Assembly (NCBI GenBank): GCA_030704615.1
Contig: CM060731.1
Location: 10,168,001 to 10,232,000, forward strand
DNA length: 64,000 bases
Reading direction: 5' to 3'
From: Takakia lepidozioides
Lineage: Eukaryota; Plantae; Bryophyta
Positions 26,801 through 41,100 of this stretch are shown here, piece by piece. The number at the start of each line of letters is the position of its first letter. The stretch's first letter is position 1. The notes below the pieces were generated by a model. It had not been told where the DNA came from, made no database searches, and saw nothing but the letters and a program-made list of their open reading frames with translations. A program made the position numbers and the translations under genes.

Positions 26801-28912
26801 CACCCCTGGAGCGATAACTTAATCCACTAGATAGCCCAGTGGTTAGGGTATAATACCACATCACTAGTGTTGAGAATTCAAAACTACACGTGTATGTTGG
26901 ATATCGCAAAGGTATTCATATCCTATCGAAAGGCAGTAGCCTTTTGGGTCAATTGACACCATAAGTTGAGCTTGCTTTGCAAAAGTCCACATTTTTATTT
27001 TATTTTTTCAAAAGCAATAACTACAATAAAAATTGGTTTATAATCACACGGTACCTTCCAATCAAATATTTTCTCTCTTTTTTCGCGCTTTAGAATCTAA
27101 TATTGGAGATGTGGTGCTAAGTTGATCACTGCACCTATTTTTTATTATATATATATATATATATATAGAGTCAGTCTGCATTGCACTCATTACAAACTTC
27201 ATATCAGTTAGTACTATTGGAATTTGTTCATACCATGTATCATACTTTAACGATTTTGTATATCAGCGAGCATTAATACTTAAGTTTTTTAAAGTTACAG
27301 GTAGACTTGCATCTGGTATGAATAATGCAGTAATGTTTGTTTAGGACCTGATATGAACTTGATCAGTTTAGGGACTGGGGCACTCTATGCTTAGGGCATA
27401 TTGGGGCACCTAACTCCAAGCGAAAGAGTTCTTATGTTTCATACCAATAGGGTCGGGATCTTTGATACCATACTTAGAAATGGATTTAGTGGTCTTCGTC
27501 AATCTTAAGTGGTCAATGATTGACCATATACACCTTTAAACATGTGTACTAGACCAACACTCCATTGAATTCCAATGGGAAACATAAATTATGTCATTTG
27601 TAGAATTATTGATTATCAAATTCCATGGTAGAGTAATGTTTGTGTCTTCTAGTGTTACATGATTGTACAAATATCTGTCCGTTTCAACGTGGCAACGTGG
27701 CATCTATATACTTAATCCAAAATTTGTTTCAAACAATAATAAATATATGAAAATAACCAGACTCAATGACTCATTGTGACATATTAATAGACGTACATTA
27801 CAATGACAAAGAATTCCATTAGAGGATGGCCTACGTATAGACCAGTACCCATGCAGAGTTTGATTTAAACTGCAAAATTTATGAAATACATGTAGAATAC
27901 TCTATGTCATGAGCGCTTATAATATAATCACATATTCGCTATGAATATATGGTTTTTACTAGGATTTATTGGTCATAGCTCACAGTTATTATAGACAACA
28001 CTTTGAGCAAGAAATATCTTGATTACCTCCATGAAAATAATTTTATTCCAATGTCTATCATTTGTCGATTCTATAATTGAACAAAGATTGGATATAGCGG
28101 TCTTAGAAGATGAGGTAAAATATGGTTAATTGTATTTCAACTTGGATATTAATCTTGATACACCACCGTACCCGTCACGTTTGACTATATTGGCAATGTA
28201 TGAGTGGTGAGGATAAAAGTGTTATATACAGTAAAGTGCAACATTTTTTATATTATTTATTACAGATTTAATGGCATCTGCCATCGATTGATCACTTCAT
28301 CAGTTGTGAGGTTCAGCTTTCTCTCACACATACACACACACACTCTCTCTCCATTGATTCTCACTTGAGCTTCTATAGACGTTAGAAAACTTTTTATCTT
28401 AGTTCTAATAGAGAGTAGCATATTATGTAAACTTTTGTCCATGGGTGTTACGAGTTTCTTTCCTCTAAATCATCATTTTCCTCTCTCACCACTTTTAATA
28501 TGTAAAGGCAAGTTATTTCCGAATTGTGCATATTGACAACTTTATGATTGTGACAATAAGTCTATTGAGATTTGAGAAGTTAAAATTCTTTGTCAAAGCT
28601 CTATTGAGATATAGATGGCGCTAATGAGTAATATTGATTGTACATGCATTGGATATTATGTGTCAACCAACAATAGTTTTGCTCTAGTGTCGAATTCTTC
28701 AACATCTAACATACAACGCCTCAAACTAGTGAGGTCCAAGTTATGTAAAGTGATTGCTTCAACTAATGGACGAGGTCCCACTGGTAGGACGCCTAAAGCA
28801 TCGTCAAGCGTATGTAATATTGTGGCAGACAGTGAAATTTCTCTTTTGACAGAAGCTATCACCAATGTCAATATTCCTCATACATGCTTGAACGGAAAAA
28901 AAACAGCTACCC

Positions 28913-30487
28913 ATGGAATTTGTTATGCAACAACCCAACATTGTAGGTCGGTGTGGAAAGCCAAACCTCCCACAAGTTCAATTGCCAATCATAGATTTGG
29001 CAGGCCTGTGTGAAGGAGATAATGATGCTATTTTGCGTATTACTAACGAGATTGCTACCGCATCCAAGGACTGGGGATTCTTTAATGTTATCAATCACGG
29101 AATTTCCAAACGGATCTTAGATGCAACAGTGGCTTCCGCCTTTGGATTGTTTGCTCTTCCAAAAGAGCAAAAGATGAGGATTACAACGACTAATACGCAG
29201 TATTGGGGCTATGGGTGCGCTGAGTATTATCAATTGACAAACAAAGAATGGCGAGAAGGGTACAGCTTCAATGGACCACCAAAAACCAATTTCCGAGAGT
29301 TGGCTGAGAAGATGATGCCAGGACAAGAGGAAATTTCTTGGTAAGAAGGTTGCATGCAAATTTGCATCTAAGAACTTGAGTTTGAATTCGGCCTCTTCTA
29401 AAATTTAAGTCTATACCTATTACCTAGTATTAACATTGATTGGGTACGTCATTGAAAATGTGTTTCCTATAACAACCATGATCAAAATGGTCGCAATTTG
29501 AGTTAGTAATTTAGAGCACAGATGCATACCTATATGTCAATCTAATTCTATTCATTGAAACATTATATCATCGATTATGGCTTTATATATCATTTTATAT
29601 TATGATATGAATTTTTTGAGCTTATAAATATGACTTTAACAAAATTATTGATTGAACAATACATATAGTAGGGATACATATACTGACTATATTTCAAATG
29701 ATATATTGCATGAAATAATATATTAGATCACAATGATGGAGACAATTTGATAATTTGAATTTTGTGCTGAACAGTGAAGTGTGGGAAGAATTCAGTATGG
29801 CTGCAGAAAGTTTGGTTAGAGAGATGTCATCTCTTGTCATTACAGGCCTCGGACTGGATCATTCTCTTCCTCAATATGACAAGTTTTTGAGGAATACTTC
29901 GAGTATGGTGAAGCTCAACTACTATCCCCCATGCCCAAATCCAGATAAAAGCCTTGGATTTATTCCTCACACAGATGGCGACTCTCTCACCATTGTGTAC
30001 AATATAGATGAGCCCATTGGAGGCGGGCAGATTCAGTTGAAGGACGGTCGGTGGGTCGCAACCACACCTGTCAAAGACTCATTTACAGTGAATGTCGGAG
30101 ATATGTTTCAGGTGCAATAGTTCGTGAATACATACACCATTCTTTAGATATGTTTGTTGAATGTATATACTACTCAAGATGTAAATCATGCTGAAGATTG
30201 ACAATTTAATTTTTAAGCTCAACGTTGTTGAAAATTGATTACAGATATTGAGCAATGGCAAGTATGAAAGCACCATGCATCGGGCAGGAGTCAACATGAA
30301 GCAAGCATGGTTATCCGTGGTCTACTCTCTTACATTGGGAACAAAACCAACCGAGGTTCTTGATATAGTTGCTCCAGAGTTGGTGACTGAAGAAAATCCA
30401 CGCAAGTATCCTAGTGCCATAATTTATGAGGAATATCTTAAGACCAAGAAGACTGGACGAGCCCTACAAAAGATTCAGCTTTATTGA
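28913..30487 (+). CDS. 2-oxoglutarate/Fe(II)-dependent dioxygenase (DOXC class), 3 exons
   Basis: Exons 28913-29340, 29775-30111, 30245-30487. Motifs LPIIDL, DWGFFNVINHGI, LNYYPPCP, HTD, VNVGD, SNGKYESTMHRA. Confidence 0.93.
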
Positions 30488-30747
30488 TTTATCCCAAAGA
30501 ATAAGATGTGGCTTTCTTAAAAGAAGCGTCCTGACAGGCTACTTCATTCCAATGGGAAGTGGGACAAAACAAGAAAGACTCCAATTCATGTGTATTCTAA
30601 AACTTTCTTATTACTCGGCCACTCGGATTTGCGGCTACTGCCACTTTTTAGAGGTGGACCTATGTAAACAGGGTACCTATAGGACGAGCTCGGTATTTCC
30701 TAGTTTCCTTTTGTTGGTTATAATCTCCGAAAAACAAGTAAAAATGG

Positions 30748-31056
30748 TGGGGGGGGGCTGAGAGAACCAGCACTTGCTGCTGCTGTTCTCTGAGAGAGGT
30801 TTTGATTGAAATGGGTGTTTGGCTTTCGTAGGAGTGCCCTTCGACCATTAAATCCCATGCCCACTGCCTACAATAACCCACCTATTACAGCTGCAGGATA
30901 GCTATTTTTACTTCACTTAACTTCGCGCAGTGTCCCTACCTCTGCCTTCATGGCTTTCTTTACTGTACTGTACCAGGTTTATTTTTCCCGGTTTGTTACC
31001 TTCCTGTTTTATCAAATAAATTTAAGGGCCTGTGCCCTTTCTAACAAATAAAAAAA
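30748..31056 (+). mobile_element. Short 3' remnant of a non-LTR retroelement
   Basis: Pyrimidine-rich 3' UTR, AATAAA, a terminal hairpin AAGGGC-ctgt-GCCCTT and an A-rich tail. A similar terminus lies on the minus strand at 22843-22870. Confidence 0.45.
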
Positions 31057-32396
31057 TGAAAATGTGGCATCAGACACCATACTAGAAATAAACGGTGTTG
31101 TGCAATTTCTGATATTGATGGGGAATCCTTCATGCCCCTTAGCTGCCATGATTCATGAACTTGCAGACAATCTGCAGTCGATTGTGCAAGACTCAATCTG
31201 TCGTTTCAGTGCACCATCCAGCTATCTATTGTGATGTTGTAATGATGCATGCTAATACTATTTCCTTGTTGATACTATCTTCCCACAAATCTAAACCTAA
31301 TTGCTCAGGACTGTGACATGGTACATCAATCCATCCAACCATAAACACCCTTGGACAGAATGGGTCCTTGACAGTTTTTAGTGAGAAAGGAGTTCACTCT
31401 TTTGCAAGTCGGAACAGGAGCTGCTAAAAGGGTCAACAGTTGCCGGGAGCATCAGTCTCAACCCTCCTGACACTCCTTAACCTGCCTGGTGGAGGCTTCC
31501 TACCACTAGTCCGAAGTTGCTTACTTCTATGGATATGGCAGTGAGTGAAACAAAGGGAGAAAGGAAGAGAACACAATACCACATTTTGTCCATTATGAGG
31601 GATTAACAGGCCATTGAACCTATTAATACCCACCTTTCAGGACTATACCACACTCAGTACAGCCAGCCTTGATGCTCTAAATACTCCTGGACACTCATCG
31701 TAGTCAGCAGCGTATTACACTGATATATACAGCAAGGACTACCAGGACATCAGCATCGATCTTCCAACAGCTCTAAAAGATCAGATCCACTCAGAAGGAC
31801 CTTTCCCAGCTTGTATCCCTTCCTGATGCAAGTGCCTCCGACGGTAGAACCTTGTTTCCGTGACCTGAACCAAAAATAGTATATAATAAAATCTCGTTAC
31901 TGAGTGTCACGACATTTTTCAGCATCTACAGTTTATAAGCGAGAACTAGGAGGAAGAGGGAATGGTTGGTTGGTAGTGAAATCATGAAAACAGTTCTGTG
32001 GGTTCAAACAGACCAAGAGAGCGAGAGAAAGATAGAAGATTATTTCATCCATAGGACGCTCAGGGGCCTATCGAGCACAGCAGACATGGAGGGGAAAGTG
32101 AGGCGAACACATACCTGAAAATACAACAGTGAGCACGGGATCTCTCGCCACTTGCAAAGGCACCACGTCTGTGCCCCTCACACTCCTCAAAGAACTTGTG
32201 GTGCCTCTACATATTTCCTGTGGCTCAACACTCTGCTTGTCACTCGCTGAAGCCGTAATGTACTTCCCTTCCATCTTTCAAGAAATCAAAGAATTGTTCC
32301 CAGAAAAAGATAGGAATGAAACCTAGGATTTCTATTGGGCCCAGATGTAACCTGTAACTTGGATTACCATCCTTGTCATTTCTAAGATCAAATACC

Positions 32397-34786
32397 TTAC
32401 CCCTTTTTCTCAGGCAGAACATCCTGGGTGACCCTCCAACTCTGCTGTTTTCGCCATCGAGGACCTATTGGATGGTTGAACTGATAGTTGAGCTTCCCTT
32501 TTTCTTTCCACATACCTGACTTCTGTCCTGCTTGTGTGAGACACCAAGACCCCGAAACGGCCACACGGCATGTAGTTGTTAAGCTACGCAAGAGCCACTG
32601 TAACTGATCAATGTCTATTGCAACTCTCTGGCTCTTTGCATAATTCATACACTCGCGAACAGAGAAACAGTTCTTCCATCCAAAGAGAAGGGCATACATA
32701 CGCATGCGTAAAGGCATGCTCCCTTCAGGCCAGGTCCCATGAATTTCATAATGGTTAATCCTTGCTGCATCGTAGTTGGCCAGTCAATATAGTAGAGGAG
32801 AGGGAAGGCCTCTAATATAGTTGCATATGGACGGGCAAACAAAAAATTAATGTTGTGCGACCCATGGGGTGTCACAGCAAAATCGGCCTCCGCAACTGCT
32901 CGCACCTGCAAGTCAGAAGAACGCAAGATGCTTTATGATCACACCAAACCATCGCCATGTTACTCATTCATCAAACGGAACTGACAGTGGGTTCATATCC
33001 AAGTCCATGACTGGGTCATCTTATCAAGACCTAGATTTTCCCCAAATCATCCAAGCTCATATGGGTGCTCACTAATCTGTGATAGAGAAACAGGCACACC
33101 GACACAACTTCCTGGAACTTTTCACAAACAAATGGAACCTGACATTGATTCGTGAAACAAGATGACTTTAGTAGGTGCTCCACTTACCTGCTCACAGAAA
33201 TCACCAACACCACTGGTCACAAGCTTCATGGGCAACATCAGCTCTCTCTCGAGCACTGCCTGTATCTCCAACATGTTGTCTATAGACCTGAATGGATCAG
33301 AGTTGGTTGAGAACAATATATCAAACAATTTGCTCACTTCAAATACCGTACATAATACTTCGAAAAAAAATGAGAGAGGCCACAACTGCCCTCTGTGAGG
33401 GAACATGCCCTCAAGTCTGCATTGTTTACTCCTCTTGCAAGACTCATGGTGTGAACAATTAAAAAGGGTGTTCACAGCAGTCGACAATGAGCCAAGAATA
33501 AGTTGTCACTGAAGAAAACATTAGGTGGTTTACAGCAACTTAACTAGCTCTTTTAGGGCCTTCAAAGAGATCAACTAAAATTTTCGGGTCCATTTGGATG
33601 TTTGTAAATCAGCATAACGACTAGATCGAATACATCAGGGATCCACTCAGCCATTGCATCATCCTACCTAGAGGAGTTGATGCGCTTCAACACCACAAGG
33701 TTGTTGATGGGTCGATCCGCATCTGTTGCTGGAATTTTACAGTGTGTCAGCACTCTGTTCCTCAGCCAATCGTTCGCCCCCACATTTGGCATGTAGCCGC
33801 CATTGGTCAGGCCTGAAAACACTATGGCATCTTCAAAGCATACTTGAGGTTGACCATGCTCCGGAACATCCATAAACTTCACCTTCATGTTCTTTTCAAA
33901 AACTTTGATCAGTCCCAGAGACCAGCGAGAGACAGTCTGGGGGTCCTCTGCTGCAAACCAATGCAAACTGGCATTTTTTAAACCGTATAGTTGATTTAAC
34001 AAAATTGCTGGTATAAGTTTTTCAGCTTCATGGTGTGGGTTTGGCCCTACGTTGGGTCCATCTGGCATTAGCTTCAAATCAGCCACCATTTGAGTGCCTA
34101 TTATCCATCGTGCCTCCCTTTCATGGCCGTGTCCACCTGCAAAAATCCGGCATCACCATTCCACACTCGAGATACACGTTCATGAAAGACACTAGGCATT
34201 CTCTGGTCACAGTCCTGCTGCAAATCCCTACAGATGGACAGCCCGTAGAAAACAGTCTGATTGCAGAATAAATTATAGTTATGATTCACAGTTGCTCACT
34301 CCCGGAACAAGATTAAGGAAACTTGCCTGTTGTCGGACGGTGAGCTCTCGAATCCCAACCAGGGCATCTGCCCCTCTTCACACGAAAACGTGCCCTCGGG
34401 ATCTGTGTGCGGAAGCGCATGATTTCTGGAAAAAGTCCCCCTGCATTCTTTACCTCTTCACTAAGAGGAGGCTGGTCCTCGCAAACCGTAACTTGCGAGT
34501 GAGATACACAAAGCCCTCGGACTCGAGGGAAGCATACCTTCCCACAGGCATCCGCACACACAGACCCCTCCTCTAAGACATAACCTTTCTCTCCCTCCGA
34601 GCATGCCGGGGGGGCCTTGATCATAAATAGAGGGGGAGGAAAAGAGAGCAGCCATTGCAGCAGAGGGAGGCCCACTACCAAAGAAAAGGCAAGCAGAAGA
34701 ACACATTGTCGGCTGCGGGACCTCTTACTCGATTTCGTCCGTTCCGAGCCTTTCTTTGAATTCCTCGTTCTCTCCAGCAAACCCAT
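32397..34786 (-). CDS. Glycosyltransferase family 61 (DUF563), type II membrane protein; apparent frameshift near 32780
   Basis: ATG 34786, basic tail plus TM (CVLLLAFSLVVGLPLL); PNPHHEAEKLIP, VCFEDAIV, GDFCEQV, DFAVTPHGSHNINFLFARP..LEAFPLLYYIDW. The coding-like continuation (ANYDAARINHYEIHGTWP..ECMNYAKSQRVAIDI) is in another frame. The 3' end is uncertain. Confidence 0.8.
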
Positions 34787-35603
34787 TACGCGACATTTCT
34801 CCTCCTCCACCCCTACATCTTCCTCAACCACGGACCTCTTCCCCAATCTCCCATCCTCCTTAAAACTCCCATCTTCCTTCGTCCCTCACCCACCCAGTCG
34901 CTCTCTCTCAGTCCTCATCTGTGCTTTCTTGCTCAGCTGGCCATGCCAGAATCTCACACGTGCTCTATATATACCTTTTTATTTTTTTCCCCTCTATTTT
35001 CCAAGAAACTAAAAAGGGAAACAAAAGGACATAAACATTTGAGAGTTTTCTACTGGTGCAGTCTCTATATTTTGAATGTTTCAGTTTTATTTTTAACTAT
35101 TTCTATTTTTGAATTATTAGATTCTGAAAAACAACGGTACGTACGACGTACGGTACCTGCTAGTACAGGTGGACGGACAGTCGAATATTTCCTTTAGTCA
35201 AAGTGTTGGTCGCTAACCCTAATGTAGCCCCCGTTGTAAACCTAATTGCCAAGAGCTTGGAAGCGCTGCTTCATGAGATCACCATTTGTATGCATGATTG
35301 AAGATGAAGATGACTGATGAGGCGTAGCATTTGAGAATTCCTTTTTGAGAAGGTCTGGAAAATTGGAAGGAAGGAAGGAAGGAAGGAAGGATGGAAGAAT
35401 GTCTGTTTCGACACCATTTCGATGACTCTTGAGACTCCAAATTGTCCCAGCAAAGATCTCATGAGTATCACAACACTGAAAGTTCCAGATTTTTCCAGTT
35501 TGCGGGGTTAACAATCAGGATTTGCGGCAGGGAGTTTGTATGAGATGACATTGAAAGCTTGAGAGTGATAGTCATCCATGCACCTTTGTAGAGGAGGGAC
35601 GCC

Positions 35604-38194
35604 ATGGATGCCTTGCAGCTCTACGCTTCTGATTCGGACTCTGATAACGATCCCAACGGTAATGAAGCCGAAGCCTCTGGAGGTGCGTTGCAGAATGCGG
35701 GTTTAGCCCAAAATACGGACGGGCGTGCTGCGGAGTGCTTTTCTTTGATTGGCACAAGCTCAGCGACTGTTACTTTGCCTCCGCCTCCACCCCCGTCGGA
35801 TCTCCTGAGTTCCTTCCCGGATCTAGGTGTGATGATGTTCTGACAATGACGTATTATGCTTTTCTCATACTAAGATAGATTGGGGTTGGAGGTTTCATGT
35901 TATTTTGTGCTAAGGCTAGTGCATTCTATTTGAACCGGTACCTTAGTCTTTGAACGATACCCCGGTTGATACTCTGTTCAAATCTTTGATCTAAGTTTTA
36001 TCAGCAGGAACAAAGAAAAGGGGTGCAGAGGTGCATGGAGGACGAGTACGGAGCTTTGGCCATGTTGAAGGCAACTATGCGCTCCATATCTATATTCCTG
36101 GTCAGTGTAGGTCTCCTTCTGGCCCTTTTTGGGCCGTTTCAGCCTCTCTAACCTTGTATTTCAAATGTCTCTTCATTTTGGCCCCTTGCTCTGTGTCTCT
36201 CCCTCCCCTAGGTCTTGTTTCCAGTCTCACAATACTTGGACACAGTCATCTGCAGCCAGCAGTTCATTGGTTGCAATCTACTTACATGGTGACTTGTTGG
36301 CAGTGGCATTGCCAACTATAGTACGGGACAAGCTAGCACCCCTCCTGAAAAAGGCATGCACACTTTTACCAGGCTTGCTGTCCATGGAGGATGATGTGGT
36401 TCCACTGGTTTCAATACCTGAGAAAGGTATCATTCCAGGCTCACTAATTGTTTGGGGTCACGAAGGTTGAAGTTTGGTAGATGGTTGGAAAGGTATATGT
36501 GTGTCTGAGCAAGTGTTGTAAATATTAACAGCTGCAGCTTCAGCCTGTTTTACTCTTTTCCTGTTAGAATACTGGGAAATCGTTAAGTCTGTCCTGCAAT
36601 TGACAAGTTTTCGTATCTTACCCAGGGGTCAAATTGGCAAGTCAGTACCATATAAGCCTTGGCCGTACAGTCCCTATTCGCATTCACCAGATTGAAACCA
36701 TTGTCCCCATGCTTCGTCAGAAATTTGGGAGTCAGAAACGGTGTGCATTCTCTTCTCTTGCTCTGCTGCCGTTTATTGTGTGCATTTCATAGCCGTCTGT
36801 GGGATGGTCCGTTCAGTGAACTAGTCTGTATAAACAGAGGGCAAGAGATTTTGACAATCTCTGGCTTCCAGGATCTCAGTAGAGGAATTGTGAGGGTTGA
36901 ATGAAATCTGGCCATGACCTGGTGCAAAGCTACGTAATGGAGGTAGCTGATGACAATGCGGTATCCTTGTTACACTGCACTTGCTCTATCTTTGAGCCCG
37001 GGGCCTAGAAAGACAGAATAGGTTGGGACTTGAGACTTCTTTCAAAAGGAGGTGCAACTTTGTCATTTGGCTATGTTTTATTGTTTAGCTGAACAGATTC
37101 TGGATGGAATTTGGGCGCTGGGAAGCCTTCATCAACGATGAGCGCACTCGTTCCTTTCTGTGTCTTGAAATTGTGGGTGTTGGCACCTCCGAGGTACTTG
37201 TTGGATTGTCGGCAAAAGAACGTCTGACCCCAGACTTACGAAGCGAGTAAAGGAGGGGATATACAATGTGATGTGCATTGTTTTCTCGTTTAGAAACTGT
37301 GGGTACATTCATGCTGTATTGTGAGCCGTGTGGCTGGGTCCACTTTGAAAAGGCAGTGAGAAGTGGGATTCAGAACTAGTGCTCGATCCAGAATTGGTAC
37401 TTATGCATGAAAGTCACTCGTCTCATTTCATGTATAAAGTTTCTTGCCTTTGCAGTAGACTCAAATACACTTCTGAAACCGTGGAGCATCACAGCTTTCA
37501 TACACTTTTAAGCCACAGAAACAGTCAGTTTGGAGAGGACAGTTTAGTCATATTGGTGTTCTTATGATTCTCAAGGTATCCCAGCTGGCAGGACTCAGTG
37601 TTCACCAGGAAGCAGGGCTGTCCTAGTTTGGAGGATTTCGAGGGAACAATCTTTGATCCACAGAGGGTGAATTACCAGTGAAGGAACGAGAAGTAGGCAT
37701 TCCCTTCCTGGTCAATTGAGTGCCCCACTGATGTAATGCTCAATTCTCTATTTCTTGCAGATACGAAAGCAAGTATCTCTTGTGAATGAGGTTTACAAAT
37801 TGCATAATCTCCCTGCTTTTTATAAAGTAAGGGCTCTCTCACACTTTTGTCATTCTTTTCATTTTGCAAGGTCAATGGTAGCTGCTGTCTATGGCAAATC
37901 GTAGTCATGCTTGGTGCTACTCATCTGGTCATCTTTAAGGAGTTGCTTGGAGTTCGAAGTGCTAAGTATGTTCTCTTCTTGCAGAACCCTCGGCCGCACA
38001 TTTCTTTGGCTTGGGCCCTGGGTGATACCATGGAGCCTCTTAGGAATGCTGCAATTCAGGTCAACAACATCATGGGAAACCAGGAGCATGGAAGTGGGCT
38101 AAGAGGTGAGCAATGTCTATGGTCTTCACAGACCAGAAGAGTTGAGTGCAAGATTGGCCAGAAAGTCTACTCCATATGGACTGCCAACCCTTAA
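35604..38194 (+). CDS. USB1: U6 snRNA phosphodiesterase (2H phosphoesterase), ~7 exons
   Basis: GRVRSFGHVEGNYALHIYIP; first HxS YHISLGRTV; FINDERTRSFL; VNEVYKLHNLPAFYK; second HxS NPRPHISLAWALGD; VECKIGQKVY. Confidence 0.94.
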
Positions 38195-41100
38195 AGCCAA
38201 AAGCACGTCAATGTCTCAATATTTTACATCAGATTACAGTCATCTGATGTACTTGGATTTCATAATTTTCATTGCTAACCTGCTATCGAAATATCCTGGA
38301 AAAAGTGATGGTCTAGTCTATCCTCCTTCTCCTAACTGGAGATTCTCAGTGCTGCAACCAAGTGAGTGCTAGACAGTGTGCCGAGGATTAAGGGCGCACT
38401 TCCATGGGCCCGTTTTTATGTCATCATGGATCTGGTATGGTTGAATGGGCCCTTTGAGGCACCCCTTCTAGAGCCCACCAAATTTATGTTGGGCTAATGA
38501 CAGATGTTACTCATCAGTTCTTTTTCTCCCCAAAGTTCATATGGTGTCAGTAATATGATACAACATTGTGTGGTATGGGGATTTCTGGGTGGCATTAATG
38601 GCTTTTGTGTGTCTTACATTGAAAATTTTCAAATCTCGTTGTTCAGCATACTACTGCTTGAAAACCTGATGTACAATTGTAACTTAAATAATTAAGTTAT
38701 TAGTATTCATACAATAGTAAAGATTATGGGAACGAAGCAGGCCCGGTATAGTCTAGGGATGTATTGAATAACATCAGATATCACCTTGCTAGATGTAAGT
38801 TACACTGCAGTCCAAGTTTTTTCCGGGATACTTAGTGAGAGTGTTTTTCTGATTGGCAGTAGGTACTTGGGCTGAGTCTACTGCAGAAACTGGGCTCGTT
38901 TGATCCACACGAGCCAGCAAAGAGCCAGCGATCTGAAACCAAGTCCAGCAAACTTTTCTGATATTGCTTCTGCCAACCACGATTTCCACGGGCGCCCAGT
39001 GTTTCATTCTTCAGATATGTAGCAGAAACTTTGTGGCATACGTGTTTTCTGTGGATGATGTCAGTAGAGAGCTTTTCCTGCACTGTGCTGCAGCTTGCTT
39101 GGTAAGCCTGGCCCCCATCATCGCGGCTACCTTCCTGGCCACTTGAGCTGGCGCCCCAGTACTGGCGCACTTGCAAAGCTCGCGCCCAAGTTGGACCTCA
39201 AACAACTTGTTGAGCTGTCCCACCTGACACACATGCAGTTGAGACACTGTGCCGCCACCCAAAAGCACCGACTCCCCATCAAATTCCCTCGCAATCACCC
39301 CACCGAAGTCGGTAATGCTGCAGCTAAAAAGGCCTGCATCACACCCCACGGAAGCATGGAAGATCTCTTCCTCATCAATGAAGCATAAAAATTGCTTTCC
39401 AACATGCTCGAGTCCAAAATGCATCCCACTCCTATAGGCTATTATCATACCTACACGAATCACTCCGGCTCTGAAAAGTTCCTACAGCTGGCTGTTCGAG
39501 CTGAAGCATGAGATGGTGGACCTCTCTCGGGATGGCTGTCTGCTTTGAACTTCGAACTTTGAAGCGGGATATTTGTAATTCCTTTTGAACAATCTTCTGC
39601 TGTCAATTCCTAGTCGTTGACTGACTCTACACAATAGCTTATGGTACGTTAGCTTTGCAAAGCAGAATACATTCTCATTTGCTTGAGATCAAAAGGCTCA
39701 GAATTTTGTGTGGCCTCGTCGTTATGAGGCTGGTCAGACGACCGTCAGGCCGTCTCACTAATATAGGAGCAAACTACCTTCATGCCTCAAGGACTTAGAA
39801 TTTTTTTGGCATATGAATTTTACAACTACCTCCATGCAGGTAGTTTTAGGATTTTCTACATGAAGGTCGTTGCAAAACCAAGCTGAAACTACCTGCATGA
39901 GAGTAGTTGCATACCACCTCCGCAGAGTAATATTACAGTAAGCACCAACCACCGGAACTACGTTCAAGGAATGGAACCCCAGACCTGCATTGCCACACCG
40001 CCATCGACCTATCACCAGACCAACAACCTCCGCCGTGCCAGTAATTCGACGTTTTTTCAATATATAAGAGAAACAGGGGAATAGGGATCGTTTTAATGTA
40101 GCGGGGCCGCTGTCAGGTCCTGTCCCCTCTGCACCCTGCGGCCTCATTACGACGAGGCCACACAAAATTCTGAGGCAGATCAAAATCGGTATACATACTG
40201 AGAAGGTATTTGGGTTGTCAGTCACGCTGATCACTCTGCCCAGCTGCAGAGTCAGCGCAGCTGACAGCCCACATAGGTATTCATGGTTGTGTCCCCTTCT
40301 ACAAAGGCCTGCAATGCGGCAGGTATTTTGTAGCACAACAAATGATGTCACTCTTCCATAACGACCTACCTACCTACCACGCACCTACCCCTGTGTACCC
40401 TTCCGTTAGGTACCGATTCGATGGAGTGGATGGATGACAACGTGCATCCAATGGGGCGACTTTCCCGTGTTCGTAGACACCGTCCACCGAAGGAAATCCA
40501 ACTAGCGCGACCCGGTCTGGTCGGATGCCCGCGCGGGCCTCCGACACGTGTGGAGGGTCCGCCGCGGGTGCCTGTGCCTACCGCCACGGTGCGCCGCAGC
40601 GCAGCTGCGGTGAGCCGCGGTGTCGAGCGCCAGCCGACATGGGAGGCATCGCCCGGACCGGTTTGGTGCACTGGGGCCCGCCACCGCGCCGTCGGGGTCG
40701 AGTGGCGGTCGCAACGGAGCAAAGATTCATCTGTTAGTGCATCATTCATCCAGAAGGATGAGGGAATACGACTGTCCTTTGAGAGCAAGTCGTTCTCTCG
40801 CGGTCTTCTTCCTCCGATCGATCTCTGGGGGTCTTATTAAGTACTCTCGTCTCTCAGCTCTGGCGGCGGTTGCCCGCTGGCTGTACTGGTTGGTGGGACG
40901 TCCTAGCTTGGGATTGAATGCAGAAGGTCCTGGACAACTACACTGACAATATCTCTTCTCGGGTTCTCAGAAGAAGTCGTTGACAACTTCTGTCTTTGTC
41001 TACCGCCGGTTTTAGTAGGAGCTTGTCCCTTGAGCTCTCTCTCTCTCTCTCTCTCTTCTCAGCCGTCTTTCGGCTATACTTAAAGTTTCGAGTCTTGGGA

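Noticed and set aside
26828-26890. tRNA/SINE-like A box (TAGCCCAGTGG) and weak B box
   Set aside because: No cloverleaf, degenerate B box, no tail or TSD found.
27146-27167. (TA)n microsatellite; also (GAAG)n at ~35365 and (CT)n at ~41035
   Set aside because: Ordinary simple repeats.
38832-39463. Overlapping 100-150-aa ORFs downstream of USB1
   Set aside because: No recognisable motif or convincing start and splice structure. It could be a gene remnant but is unsupported without a search.
39758-40946. Several ORFs on both strands
   Set aside because: Partly GC-rich promoter-like DNA with few stops; translations show no family features.
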